Origin: Callorhinchus milii
Lineage: Eukaryota
Assembly (NCBI RefSeq): GCF_018977255.1
Contig: NW_024704742.1
Span: 4,218,001 to 4,282,000, forward strand
Length of the DNA: 64,000 nt
Direction: 5' to 3'
Shown here piece by piece: positions 28,923 through 41,094 of the stretch (the stretch's first letter is position 1; each line of letters begins with the position of its first letter). A model generated the notes under the pieces. That model worked only from the letters and a program-made list of their open reading frames with translations, did not search any database and was not told the DNA's origin. The position numbers were made by a program, and so were the translations under genes.

Positions 28923-29739
28923 ACGCCGTCTTGCCAAAGCCAACCGCATGCACACAGGACAACTGCCATAATCGAAGCAGCTTATACAACAGAGACAGAA
29001 TCCGCAATTAGGGTTGTTTCTCTACTACAGAGAAAATTTGGAGGAGAACTGATAGAGATTTTTTAAATTGTGAGGGGTGATGTAATAAACAAGGAACAAT
29101 TATTTTCCCAATTCCCAATCTTGACTGTATTGTCCATGAGAAGTAGCAAGCAAACATTAGGTCCTTCTAGGGGAGAGGTAGTTTGAAAGAGGAGCCCTCA
29201 AGACACCTCGTTGCAAATGTCTGGGCTTAACCTAGTCTGGAATTGCAACACTTTCTGGACTTATTAATTTTTGAGCAACAATACCCAGCTTCTATTAGAT
29301 TAAAATTGAAATATTATTAGATTGAAAAAGACTGAACGTTAATTATAGGACAATGATCTCTTCCAAGCCATTCACTCATTTTAGTCCCATATGATTGTTA
29401 TCCTCCTAAACTTATAGCTATTCTACTCAGGAACGTTTCAATAGTAAGGATCTTCCATTGAACACTTTAGAAGCATAGAAAATTAAACTAATTCTTGCAT
29501 TTGATGCAGTATCTTTCACTTCATGAAAGAGGGGTGATAGGGGCGATAGGGGTCATGGGGGTGATAGGGTCATGGAGCCTGGTCCAGGAGAGGACACATC
29601 TATCTGTATCGGCAATGGGAGGGAAGAGAAGAAAGGTAAGAACTTTGGCTACCAGGTGTTGGGTAAATCGGGTAAAACTCCCTGCCCCAATGCATCCCGC
29701 TTAAGCAGATTCCACTGTACGTATATCAGTCATCGTTTC

Positions 29740-30140
29740 ACGATCTAACACCCTTCTTGTGTGAAAAAAATCTCAACTTTTCCTTTGCTCTTTTAGTTAT
29801 TGTCTTATATCTGTGCCCCCTAGTTCCCATGAGCAGGGAAAATAATTGTTCCTTGTTTATTACATCACCCCTCACAATTTAAAAAATCCCTATCAGTTTT
29901 CCTCTGAATTTTCTCTGTAGTAGAGAAATAACCCTCGTTCTTCCACTTTCTCAACATAAGTTTCATTACTCATAACATCCCAATAAATCTCCTCTACACC
30001 TCTCTCTATTTTGACTTCCTTCCTATGTTGGAGTGCCCAAAATTGTACACAGTATTCCAACTGTGGCCTAAGTAATGATTTATACAGGTTTAGCATTATT
30101 GCTTTGTTTTTGTATACTATGCCCCTATTTATGAACCTTA
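29740..30140 (-). mobile_element. Degraded CR1 LINE fragment
   Basis: MLNLYKSLLRPQLEYCVQFW is a hallmark of CR1 ORF2. Confidence 0.9.
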
Positions 30141-31204
30141 ATTTGTATTAGTTCTTCTTAAGTCATTTGAAGGATGTCTTGGCCAAAAACGCAACTGCAT
30201 TTGAAGAGTGACATACAGTATACAGGATACTGCACAAACAGGAAGCAGCATAATGATACAGATGAGCAGTAGATGTTCTAGGGACCAGATAGCTTTTAAC
30301 TGATACACATGTGTGATCAGTTTTACTGCACGCTATTGGTACCGAAGGTACTTTGTGCCACCGAGGTATTGCCATTCAATCTTGTTCAAACACTGATTAT
30401 GCCCCATTTTATAATTTGTACCAAACCGAAGGTTGATAGCAAATCCAGATCTCTTTCTGTGTTTCACATTTCAGACCACTTTTTATCAAAATGTGAACCC
30501 TTGTCAGAATGCTTTCCCCAACTGTTCCCAATTTACGTGAATGCATGCCGCAAAAGCTAACGTGTTTGCGTGGACAATAACAGACTGATCCTATTCACTG
30601 GCTTAACTGCTGCAATCAAACAAAATACGCCAATCTGGTGACTTGAGACAGAGAACAATGGAGGGCTGAGAGTGCGTAACACGGCGGTAATGAACACAAG
30701 CGGCTCAGGGGACACTCGAGGGAAAAGGGAAGCAGAACCCTTCACAAGAGTCATCCAATCGCAGGAGGTGGTTACACCCTTTTGAATTTTTTGTAAAAAA
30801 TTCTATTGTGCCTTTTGCTTTCTCACCGTTGTAGCCACCTAGCTTCGCTCTGCACCTTTGCCTCAAGTGAGACGCACGCTTTCAGCTGAATAATACACTA
30901 CCTTTTCTGCATACCTGCCTCCCACCAAGCAGTTACATATCGAATACGATTTCATATCGAATACGGTTTTTTTTTTAAGTAAACTGTTGATCAGTCGAGA
31001 AGGTTGCAAAGGTTTCATGGAATCATTAAGTTGCCCTTTGCTTGCAAACATCCTGTCCATAAATGTCTAACATGATACCAATAAAAAGAAAAAAAAAAGG
31101 CAAATCGAACTGCTTCGCTAAAATTGTCATGGCTCAACGAGCAATTATAAGTAGTCATCTCGTCTTTTACTTCACAGACCTGTCTTCAGCTAATAACTTG
31201 CATA

Positions 31205-32015
31205 TTTATATAAATAATTCTTCCATTTGATATAGCGCTTTATCATGTCGCTGAAATGTCCCAAACTGCTTCCCAAGATTTACCGTGAAGTGTGACTACT
31301 GTGTATTTTTAAGCAAACATGGCAACAAATTTGTGCACAGCAATATCCCACAAATAGCTACAGGTGAATGACCAATTTTAATTGGGGTTCTGGTCCTTCT
31401 CTTTTCTAGTGCCACAGGATCTTCAGCATCTCACCAGAGCTTGGTTTAATGAGTCAGCTGCAGGACGGCACCTCTAACAGCGCAGCATTGTACTGGAGTG
31501 TCAGCTGCAACAGCAACAACAACTTGTATTTATATAGCACCCTTCACGAGGGGTGGGTCCCGGAGCGCTTGACAGTGGCAGAGTCCGACAAAGAGCCAGG
31601 AGGAGAGGGAGGTGACCGTAAGCATGATCAAAATGGCAGGTCTTTAGGCAGGAGTTGAAGGTGGGAAAGGGGCAAAGCAGAGCGATTGAGGGAGAGAGTT
31701 CCACAGTTTGGGGGTGTAGTGGTTAAAAGCACGGCTACCGATGGTGGAATGGAGGGGATGAGGGACAAACAGGGGCCATAGCCAGCCGAGCGGACGCAGT
31801 GGGGTAAACAGGTCAGATACGTAGGGAGGTGAGAGGGCATGAAGGGATTTGAAAACGAATGAGAGAATCTTGAAATCGATCCGTTCGGTAATTGGGAGCC
31901 ACTGGAGCCTGGCAAGGACCTGTGTGATGATAAGACTATAAGATCAAAGCCCTGACGTAGGACTTGAACACACAATCTTCTCTCTCAGAAGCAAGAGTGC
32001 AACCAACTGAGCAAC
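31205..32015 (-). mobile_element. Deu-type SINE interrupted by an L2 3' fragment (~31506-31925)
   Basis: SINE tail/Deu core at 31205-31505 and head at ~31935-32015. The insert has an L2 tail with (TTG)n and pyrimidine-rich ORF2 end. Confidence 0.75.
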
Positions 32016-32379
32016 ACATGCAGAGCTTTTCATGTAGAATAAATATCTTGAAGTGGTTTACAATGAAGGAGGGAGAGTTTGAAGGTGCGGACCTGGGCAA
32101 AGTGAGAATTTGTTGACAACAAGAGAACGTTCATGCTATATGACTTTGACAGACTATTCCAGAATGCGGGAATAGTGGCTGCGTAATTGGTCACTGACTT
32201 TGGAAAGGAGGGAGTAAAGAATGAGCAACAGAAAAAAAAATCAAAAGAGTGGAGGACACGGGCAGCTGATTAAGACTGGAGGCGATTGAGCAATGACTTG
32301 AGGTTAATGAGGGGTTCTCCCTCAGGTGATGATTTTCTCCACTCCTCTGAAATCTACATCAAAAGATATATTCAGTGAA

Positions 32380-33345
32380 GCCAAATGCCACTTGTTTCGC
32401 TTTTTTCTCTCCGTAAAGTCCCTGCATGAACTCCTCCAATCCGGCTTTCAATCTGCCCACAGTATCGAGACTGCCCTGGTCAAATTCACAAATTACATTC
32501 TCTCCATCTGTGACCAGGGCTTTATGCCTCCTCATCTTTCTCGACCTCTCTGCCACCTTCAACACTGTCGACCATTTTATTCTTCTCTCCCGCCTTAGCT
32601 TTCAACTTTACCTTCACAGTTCTGTCCTTTCCTGGTTTCATTCTTGCCTATCCCGGTGTCTCCATATAACATATTTGCCAATGGCATCTCCCTGTGCCTC
32701 TATCCCCCGGTTTTCTCCTCTTTAATATTTAGAAGCTCCCACTCGTCAATGTCATCTGCTGGCCTGGGGTTAACTTGCACATGTATGCGGATGACACCCA
32801 TCTTTCTGCCTCCAACCTCGACTCCAGGATCAACGCTGTCTTGACCACTGTCAATATTGCCTATCAGACATCAAGTCCTGATGAGACCTAACTTTCTCCC
32901 ACTCAGATGTCGAAAAGACCGTCTCTCTCCTGCTTGGTTCCCGTCAGTGCCTGCTCTTCTCAGAAGCTGACAGCATCAATCGACATGGATGCACTCTCCA
33001 CCTCACGGACCCATTGTGGAATCTCTTTTAATTGTCCTTTAAAGCCCACAACCTCTATCTTCACCCATTCAGCTTTTCACAGCCTCCACTACGTCTCTCC
33101 TTGGGCCAATAAGACTCTTATTCATCCTTTTATCCCATCTAGGCTTGCCTACGCCAACTCTCCGCTCACCAGACTTCCCAACTCTTCCCTCCACGAGCTG
33201 CAGACCATCCAGAACTCTGCAGCTCGTACCTTCTCCTACACCAGGCTCTGTGAGCCTAACTACACCATCCTCATTCGGCTACACTGGCTCCCCATCCCCC
33301 AGAGGATTAAGTTCAAGATCCTCATCCTCACTTTTAAATTATACA
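32380..33345 (+). mobile_element. Degraded L2 LINE ORF2
   Basis: LQSGFQSAHSIETALVKFTN, FLDLSATFNTVDH, MYADD (32781-32795) and LHWLPIPQRIKFKIL. Confidence 0.92.
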
Positions 33346-34198
33346 TTTCCCCAACATTGCTGGAAGGTCCAGTAGCGAGAAAGGAAACTTTCCACTGTGT
33401 AGCTGCTTGTTGCCCCATGGTTATAAACACCTGGGAGCTTAGGGTAGTACAGAGATCTCTAATTAAACCAGTCTGGAATGCTCTGTACATACGTACAGGA
33501 TCAGACTTCAGATATCGTTTACATATACTCAAGCTTCGCTCTTGTGGCATATCATATCTTCTGAACTCAATGCGATTGCAGCTTGAATCACTCTTGATTC
33601 CCAGTTTTGACAGACTGATGTGAAATGGTTTCTTATTTTATCTGGACATCAAATTATTTCATTGCTTGTTGAGTCATTTTCAAGCCTTGTCCAAGTCAAT
33701 AAATAAACAATTAACTATCAGCAGATCAGAGTACAGTGAAAAAATAACCTCAATTAAGTTAATAAATTGGATGCTTCATGTAATTGTCCAAATTAATACA
33801 TGAACGTTTATCTTTTAAGCAATCTATTTGATCACTTAATATATTTTGTAGCATGTACATCTCTGAAAGCTAGATGCGAAATAATATCAACATAACGTTT
33901 TTCATTCCTTCCTAAATGTTACATGATAAGAAAAGGGCTGTTAGGGTTTCACTGTGTAGATGTCTGGAGTCAGCATTTTGGATAGGTTTTCGCTTCCCAC
34001 TTTAATTGATGTGTTATTAAAACCCAAGCTTGGTATCACCTAAGCACCAGTTGTTGATCGTCTACTCTTGCCTCTGCTGGCCTACTCTTTCAATTTGAAG
34101 AGATCCTCAAAGCATAGAAAACAAGTTAGCAAATTTGGGTTCATCGCTATTTGCCTTGTTTACAATGTGGTGTCCCAACACATTTTTGAAGCTCCTAC

Positions 34199-34790
34199 CT
34201 TCATTGTTCAGCCTCGCAGACGTGTGTATGTTGAACTGCAAGTTTTTATCTTCTTCCTCATTATGTCCTAGGATCATCCAGCTCTTGATTTCATCATCAT
34301 TCTCTTCTTCTGAACTATCGCTGTCCTCTAATATTATAAACTCTTGGATTTGCTGACGTTTCCTGCCCAAACTAGAGTTTGCGGCGATATCTGCCGGAGC
34401 CAATCTGCATTTACTTGAAGTACACAGTCCAGACGTTCTACTGGAATTTGATGCTGAATGGAAGGCATGGTTGCTTGAATGTGATGCAAACTCCTCGATG
34501 GATTGATCTCTTTCTGTAGCTCCAGATTTTGAATCTTTAGAATCCTTGCTGCCATAAACACTGTCATCATCATCGGCAAAGTCTGAAATGACTATCACAT
34601 CAGTATCAGCCTTTTTAACATTGTTTTCGATGAAACTCTGTACTGGAGCATCCACTTCACTCAGATTGGAAGCATAATGCACTTGGCTGTATAACTGGAA
34701 CTCCACATCACTGTCTATTTCTGACTCACTGATCTGCTCACCATACAGGTCATTTTCATAGGCCTCCACATCTTCATAACCACTAAACAT
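34199..34790 (-). CDS. ZCCHC7: Zinc finger CCHC domain-containing protein 7 (Air1/2-like TRAMP component), first coding exon; 197 codons + 1 nt
   Basis: Translation MFSGYEDVEAYENDLYGEQISESEIDSDVEFQLYSQVHYA matches the recalled vertebrate ZCCHC7 N-terminus (MFGGYETIEAYEDDLY...SEVEFQLYSQIHYA); VIVISD and SWMILG motifs follow. Acceptor tttttatctgcAG ends at 34811 and phase-1 donor GAAG|GTAGGA follows 34199. The full exon is 34199-34810 with 20 nt of UTR. Confidence 0.95.
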
Positions 34791-35019
34791 CGTGAAAGAA
34801 CAAAATATGCCTGCAGATAAAAACACACAGCAGTTAAAAATTAAACAGAATTAGCCTATTCATCTTAGAACGAATGGTCGAGGAGAATTCTCACACACTT
34901 ATAAGATTCAACAACAAAACTATTTTAGAACATTCCACAAGGAGCCATGAAGTGAACGAACAAACAAAATTGATATTGATTGAAACCGAATCCTTTAAAA
35001 CACTTAAAGGTAGGCCATA

Positions 35020-35258
35020 CCTGAACCCACAGGATATTTAATTAATTACGTAATAACCCCTTCAAGAACATTTTTTAAAAAAATAATAATTTGGTCACTC
35101 ACTCCACGACTATTTCTGTGTCACAGCTACGCGCAATTCGTTGCCGCATTTCACCCACAAGATACAGTCACTATACTTTACGGTATATTCTGTGAAGTGC
35201 TTCGAGACATCCTGAAGACGTGATGAGGTACTATATCAAATGCAAGGATTATTATTAT
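35020..35258 (+). mobile_element. 5'-truncated SINE
   Basis: Family body and tail ending ATCAAATGCAAGGATTATT. Confidence 0.8.
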
Positions 35259-35551
35259 GTATTTTGAAATCTTAAAAGGTATTATTTTTTATAATGAAGT
35301 AGAAAACTTAATGTCACCTAATTTCTTGCTCGTTAATGGGAAGACAAAATGTTTGAAAAAAATTTGCATTTCAAACCATAAATAAACCTTAAAGATCACA
35401 GTTCTACTGTATGTAGTAAAGAACATATAAATTGTCTAAGTCTTGCAAAGGATATATCACACTCATTGCACATTGTCAGTAACTGCAAATGTAAGGATTA
35501 TTATGGTTTATAATACTAATAATGAAGAATAACAAAATATTAATAAATAAT

Positions 35552-35815
35552 ATTAATAACCCTTGCATTTGATATAGCGCCTTATCATGTCGTCAGGACA
35601 TATCAAAGCACATCACTGGATTTACAATAAAGTGCAGTGACTGTATTTCAACATCCCACAAAGAGCCATGAAGTGATGACTGATTTTTATCTGACCAGGA
35701 TACCCGGAAACACCCTTCTGTTTTCAAAGTGTCATGGAATCTTTGACGTCCACCTGAACAGGCAGGAGGCTCAGTTTAACAGCTCGCCCGAAAGGACGGC
35801 ATCTCCAACAATGCA
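35552..35815 (-). mobile_element. Deu-type SINE fragment
   Basis: Tail plus reverse Deu core GTGTCATGGAATCTTTGACGTCCACCTGA. Confidence 0.75.
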
Positions 35816-36375
35816 AGAACTACAGCAGGAAGGGCGTACACGGTGGTTGGCCCTCCCCACTTCCCCCCGCTGCCGTGCGCGATGACGTTGATGTTACACC
35901 CCTAGGAGGGCGAGCACAGAGTGTTGGAGTGCGCATGTGCGGGGCTCAGTTTGAGGTAGGCACAGGAAACAAAGTTTTGACCCGACAGCCTTAGCGGCAA
36001 ATGCCGTCGTGGCGAGTTACGGAGTTGTTAATAATAATAATCCTTGCATTTGACATTGTGCCTTATCAGGTCTTACGACTAATGCATGTAACTTTAAATG
36101 GACTTAATAGGAAATTGAATGGAAATTGGGCAGATGTACGACTTAGACGATTATACAATTTATACAGATCAGACTTATGTGAGTTGCACTGCGTTAGGTA
36201 CAGGTTGGCAAAAGCCAAGGTTTGAAGACCGCAGCATGTACATTGGTGTACTGTCCGAGTTTGACTAGCTCAAACGGTATATCTTGCCATCGAGAGCACC
36301 CTATCCACGAGGGCTTTAGCTTGGATGTATAATAGGAGCCAAATGGGAAGAATCTCTGGCTCCCGGTGACCCACC

Positions 36376-36960
36376 TGTAATGATACTCAAATCTAAAGCA
36401 CGGGAGTGTTAGCAAGTTTCTTTATTAGCAACTCAAGAGCATTCCAATCCACTCACCAAAACCATACCCATACCACTTCCTGTCTGGGATATCCCTTTAA
36501 TCCCAGTGTATACTACACTGTCTGCCCCTCTAAGTCCTGCTGATGAGTCAGGCTGACTTGTCTGGAGGCTGCAGACCAGTACGCTTTGGGTACAAAATTC
36601 CCGAGATCACCACAGAGTGTCACATTCCATTGCAAGCTTGTCACCTTGGAGCCAGCTCAGCAAATTACTTTCTGTGTGAAGAGGGTATCCACTGACCACC
36701 TTGCGCAGGAAGTTGATCCTGTGACGATGGGTGAAAGGCAAATCAGAGTACAGGAGGGGTGCATGGTATTAATGCTAAGTTCCTAAAAGCTGATCTGGAG
36801 GAACGGATGGGGAATGGTAAGGATTTTACAGACGTTTCCCCAGGAACTGTTGGGCTTGTCTTTGAGCTGCTCTGGTAAACTCGATTCTGTCTGAGGCACA
36901 CGTACTGTCAGTGAATCAAGAGTGCAATTAGAGTAGCTGTCCACAACGAGGGTGATGCAG
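36376..36960 (-). mobile_element. Probable Gypsy-type LTR (36376-36517) with adjacent internal remnant
   Basis: On the minus strand TGTAGT...ATTACA termini, an internal AATAAA, and an upstream purine-rich tract. Nearby frames give LVVDSYS (integrase-like) and YPKR...PPD. Confidence 0.45.
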
Positions 36961-36964
36961 TGAG

Positions 36965-37310
36965 ATCCTGGGGGTGGGAGGAGAAGCAGTTTGAACAGAC
37001 AAAGTGGAGACGCTGGAATTAGTAGGAGAAAAACCAAGATAGGACAGAACGTTGAAGGTGGAGCAGAGGAGACACGGTGGAAAAGGATAAGAGTCAAGGC
37101 AGCAGAGAGATTGAGGCGAACAAGGAAGCAGAGAGAGACCTGATTTATATGGAGAAAATGTTACTAATGATTTTGGCCAACGTCGTCTCTCTGTAGCGGA
37201 GTGGGCGAAAGCTGGATCGGAGGGGGTTCGTGGAAAGAGTGCCGGGAAAGGAAGATCAAAGCTGGAAAAGGAAAGAGGCTAAGCTGGGAAGCAAATGACT
37301 TATTCCAGCA
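36965..37310 (-). mobile_element. Degraded L2 RT fragment
   Basis: Minus strand TCCAGCTTTCGCCCACTCCGCTACAGAGAGACGACGTTGGCCAAAATC resembles the SGFRPLHSTETALAK motif. Confidence 0.6.
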
Positions 37311-37424
37311 ACTGAAGAAAAGAGGGATAGAGACGGACCAGTACAACAACAATATATATTTATGTAGCGCTTTTTATTTCTAGCGTGACTTTCCTTGCCA
37401 AAGTCCTGGACCGTGTCGTTGCAA

Positions 37425-37860
37425 ATTAAGTCCGCTCCCAACTCTCCCAACTCGAGCCCCTCCAGTCCGGTTTCCGCCCCGCGCAGAGACACCGCTCGTC
37501 AAAGTCACAAATGACGTGTCCCCCCGTCCCCCCCCTCCTCTCTCTCTCCCTCTGCCTCCTTGTCCTCCTGGACCTTCTCACTGCAGTCGATCGCCAATCA
37601 TGCAATTGGCGCGCTTCCAAATGGACTGCAAATCCCTTCACGCCCGGGCCACCCACCCCCGGGCCCCCCCCCCCATCTCTCCAATCTGCTTTCTCCGCTC
37701 CTCATCCCCCTCCCCGCGGCCCCTCACCCCCCCGCTCCACCCCCAGGGCGGCCGTGCTTTTGAGCCACCGCCTTCCAAAACTACGGAACTCTCTTTCCCC
37801 AATCCAATCCCTCCGCCTCGCCTCCTCCTCTTCCTCCTCCTCCTCTTCGCACCCCCGAAG
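37425..37860 (+). mobile_element. Degraded, internally deleted L2 fragment
   Basis: CAGTCCGGTTTCCGCCCCGCG...GTCAAAGTCACAAATGAC (QSGFRP...VKVTND) and LLVLLDL. Confidence 0.7.
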
Positions 37861-38277
37861 AAGACCTTCCCCCTCTCCGATGTCGTGCCCGCGGGCGGTC
37901 GGGTACCCATCGCTTCGCCAGACGCTGCCCCCTCCCCCCCCCCCCACCCGCCCTCCAGATTTCAACTCGTTTGAGGTTCGTCGGTTGGTTTGTTCCCCCC
38001 ACCCCCCGCCCCCTACCCCTCGCCCGCGGCGCCCGCCCCCCCACCCCTCGCCCTTGCCCCCCCACCCCTCACCCGCGGCGCCCGCCCCCCACCCCCTACC
38101 CCTCGCCCGCTCCCCCCGGGCGGTTTAAAGGTTATTCCTCGTGACCGTTTCTTTAATAATAATATATATATATATATTGTAAAAAAAAACACAAACAAAA
38201 ACAACAAACAAACAAAAAGGAGTGAAAACACCGTTTGGGGCAAAGCTCTGCTCCCCCCCCCACCCCCCACCCCCCCC

Positions 38278-38520
38278 GTGAGGGGGAGGGGAGAGGGGAG
38301 TGGGGGGGAGAGGGGAGTGGGGAGTGGGGGGGAGAGGGGAGTGGGGGGGAGAGGGGAGTGGGGGGAGTGGGGAGTGGGGAGAGGGGGAGTGGGGGGGAGA
38401 GGGGAGTGGGGGGGGAGAGGGGGAGTGGGGGGGGAGAGGGGAGTGGGGAGTGGGGGGAGAGGGGGAGTGGGGGGGGGGGAGTGGGGGGAGGGGAGTGGGG
38501 AGGGGGGGGGGGGGGGGAGG
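38278..38520 (+). repeat. G-rich tandem repeat (GGGGA/GGGGAGT variants)
   Basis: Directly visible runs of 4 or more G separated by A or AGT. Confidence 0.95.
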
Positions 38521-38652
38521 AGAGAGCTCTCACAGCCCCACACCAGGTGCTCTCACGCTCCTGTGACTCATCCGCGGCCACAGACTGAGCGAGAGGCCGA
38601 GGCTCGGCGCTGCCTCCCTCACAGGGCCCCACACCGGCCCCACTCTCACCCC

Positions 38653-39722
38653 CACACACACACTCACTCACACACACACTCACTCACTCACACACTCACT
38701 CACACACTCACACACACACTCACACACACTCACACACACTCACTCACACACTCACACACTCACTCACACACTCACTCACACACACACTCACACACACACT
38801 CACTCACTCACACACACACTCACTCACACACTCAAACACACACACACACACTCACACACACACTCACACACACACCACACACACACACTCACTCACACTC
38901 ACTCACACACACACACACTCACACACACACACTCACTCACACACTCACTCACCCCCACACACACACTCACTCACACACACTCACACACACACACACACAC
39001 TCACTCACTCACACACTCACACTCGCACTCACACTCACACACACTCACTCACACACGTGCTCAGTGTCAGGCCTCTCCCCACCACTCGCGGCCTCTGTCT
39101 GGTTGGTACACACTCACACACACTCTCTCTCTCTCTCTCAACACTCAATTTCTCTCACTCCCTCTCTCTCTCTCTCATTCACTCACTCCCTCCCTCTCTC
39201 ACACACACACTCTCCCTCTCACACTTCCTCTCTCTCTCTCTCCCTCACTCCGTCACACACTCACTTTCTCTCTCTCTCACACACTCACTCACTCTCACAC
39301 TCTCTCCCTCTCACACTCTCTCTCTCACACTCTCTCTCTCTCTCACACTCTCTCTCTCTCACTCCCACTCTCCCCCTCTCACACTCTCTCTCTCCCTCTC
39401 ACACACTCACACTCTCCCTCTCACACTCTCTCTCTCACTCCCACTCCCCCCCTCTCTCTCTCTCTCTCTCACACACACACTCACTCTCGCTCTCTCTCAC
39501 ACACTCCCTCTCACACTCTCTCTCTCACTCCCACTCCCCCCCTCTCTCTCTCTCTCTCACACACACTCACTCTCTCTCTCTCTCACACACTCATTCTCCC
39601 TCTCACACTCCCTCCCTCCCTCTCCCACTCCCTCCCTCACTCCCACTCCCTCCCTCACTCCCCCTCCCTCCCTCTCACACTCTCCCTCCCTCCCTCACTC
39701 CCTCTCCCTCTCCCCCTCTCTC
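38653..39722 (+). repeat. ~1.1 kb compound (CA)n/(CACT)n/(CT)n microsatellite
   Basis: Directly visible. Interrupted by a short unique stretch at ~39057-39107. Confidence 0.97.
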
Positions 39723-39728
39723 ACTGAC

Positions 39729-39830
39729 CTGTCCGCGCCGCCGCCGCCGCCGCCGCTCGGGGGCCGACCGAAACCGGTCGCCAGCGACGCCGGAGTTTTT
39801 TTTTAAAAAAAAGCAAAACTTCCGGCCATA
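39729..39830 (-). other. ZCCHC7: Putative non-coding exon 1 of ZCCHC7 (5' end approximate)
   Basis: CpG-rich segment with a (GGC)n run ending in donor ACAG|GTCAGT at 39729/39728, about 4.9 kb upstream of the first coding exon. Confidence 0.65.
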
Positions 39831-40070
39831 GCCGTGAGCGGCGCCTGGGCCGACCATCAGCTTACCCACAGCCCGGGAGTTTCACCTGTGGTCTATCTGT
39901 CTATCTGTCTGTCTGTCTGTCTGGCACCACCCCCCCACCACACACCCACACACACCCCCACACACACCCCCACACACACCAGCAGGCACTGTGAGCCGCC
40001 TCCCATGGGATGTCGCGCCCGACCGCATCACCCGAGACATCTCGAAGCGCTTCGCAGGATACACCGTGAA
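39730..40070 (-). promoter_or_regulatory. CpG-island-type promoter of ZCCHC7 with ETS/GABP motif
   Basis: High CpG density. CCGGAAGT on the minus strand at 39818-39825, within ATGGCCGGAAGT (YY1/ETS-like). No obvious TATA box. Confidence 0.6.
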
Positions 40071-40097
40071 GTGGAGTGACTTGTGTTATTATTTACA

Positions 40098-40438
40098 ATA
40101 ATAATAATAATACTACTACTACTACTAATAATCCTTCCATTTGATATAGCGCTGTTCACGTCTTCCAGACGTCCCAAAGCGCTTCACAGAACACACTGTA
40201 AAGTGAATTGACTGTATATTTGTGGGCGAACGCGGCAGCCAATTGCGCACAGCAATGTCCCACAAACAGTCGCGGATTGAAAATGACCAATTTATTATTG
40301 TTTTTGGCTTTGGAGAGACTATTATTAGGCTCTGTGTGGAGTAAGGAAACTTGCCCAAGGTTTCGCCCTCTGACTGGAATTGAACTCAGGTCTCTCGCTT
40401 GCAAAGCGAGTGCTCTAACTACTGAGCTACAGGACTCC
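40098..40438 (-). mobile_element. Full-length young SINE immediately upstream of the ZCCHC7 promoter
   Basis: Reverse complement of the 13693 copy. Confidence 0.95.
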
Positions 40439-40459
40439 ACAATTATTATTATTATTATT

Positions 40460-41085
40460 TATTCGGGTGAAATGTGGCTGCCAGTGGCGCACAACAGCGC
40501 CGCACAACAAGCCATGCAGTGAATGACCAATTTTTATTTGCGGGGATTGTTGGCCGGGATCCCAGGAGAGAAACTCCCTTCTCTTTGCGAACAGTGCCAT
40601 GGAATCTTCAACGCCCGCCAGAAGGGTCCTCGGCTTGACATTTCATCCGAAGGACAGCACCTTCGACAATGCAAATAATGCATTGCGTATCAATAGTATC
40701 ACACACGTCATATGGCAACGCAACTGATCTAATTTCTATTAACGTTATCTGCGTGAAGGGCACTATATCCATGTTATGGCATGAGTCTGTGAACAACTCA
40801 AGATTAAGGATTGGTAAATATCAATGAGAGAGCATAAATGTTTTTGAGAATGTTTATTTCTATTTTCTCCAATCCCAAGAACACATCAAGCACACATCAG
40901 GAGGACATTAAAGATCCTATGGCATTATTCAAAAAACAGAAGGGAGTTTCTTCCGGTGCCCTGGCCAACATTTCCCATGATAAAATTGATCATTCGTCTC
41001 ATGGCTGTTTGTGGGACACTGTTGGCACAAATTGGTTGCTGCATTTACCCACCAAATACATAGTCGCTACACTCTACAGTATACA
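40460..41085. mobile_element. Two Deu-type SINE fragments (minus ~40460-40675, plus ~40895-41085)
   Basis: Deu core seen as GTGCCATGGAATCTT and as TTAAAGATCCTATGGCATTATTC. Confidence 0.7.
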
Positions 41086-41094
41086 AAATATAAA

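Noticed and set aside
32907..33623. 238-aa ORF
   Set aside because: Decayed L2 ORF2 end running into flanking DNA.
1..34198. Further canonical ZCCHC7 exons (WSISDKD exon, zinc knuckles)
   Set aside because: None found by eye; they probably lie beyond the left edge.
37990..39831. 613-aa ORF rich in G, HT and LS repeats
   Set aside because: Translation of G-rich and CA/CT microsatellites that lack stop codons; antisense to ZCCHC7 intron 1.
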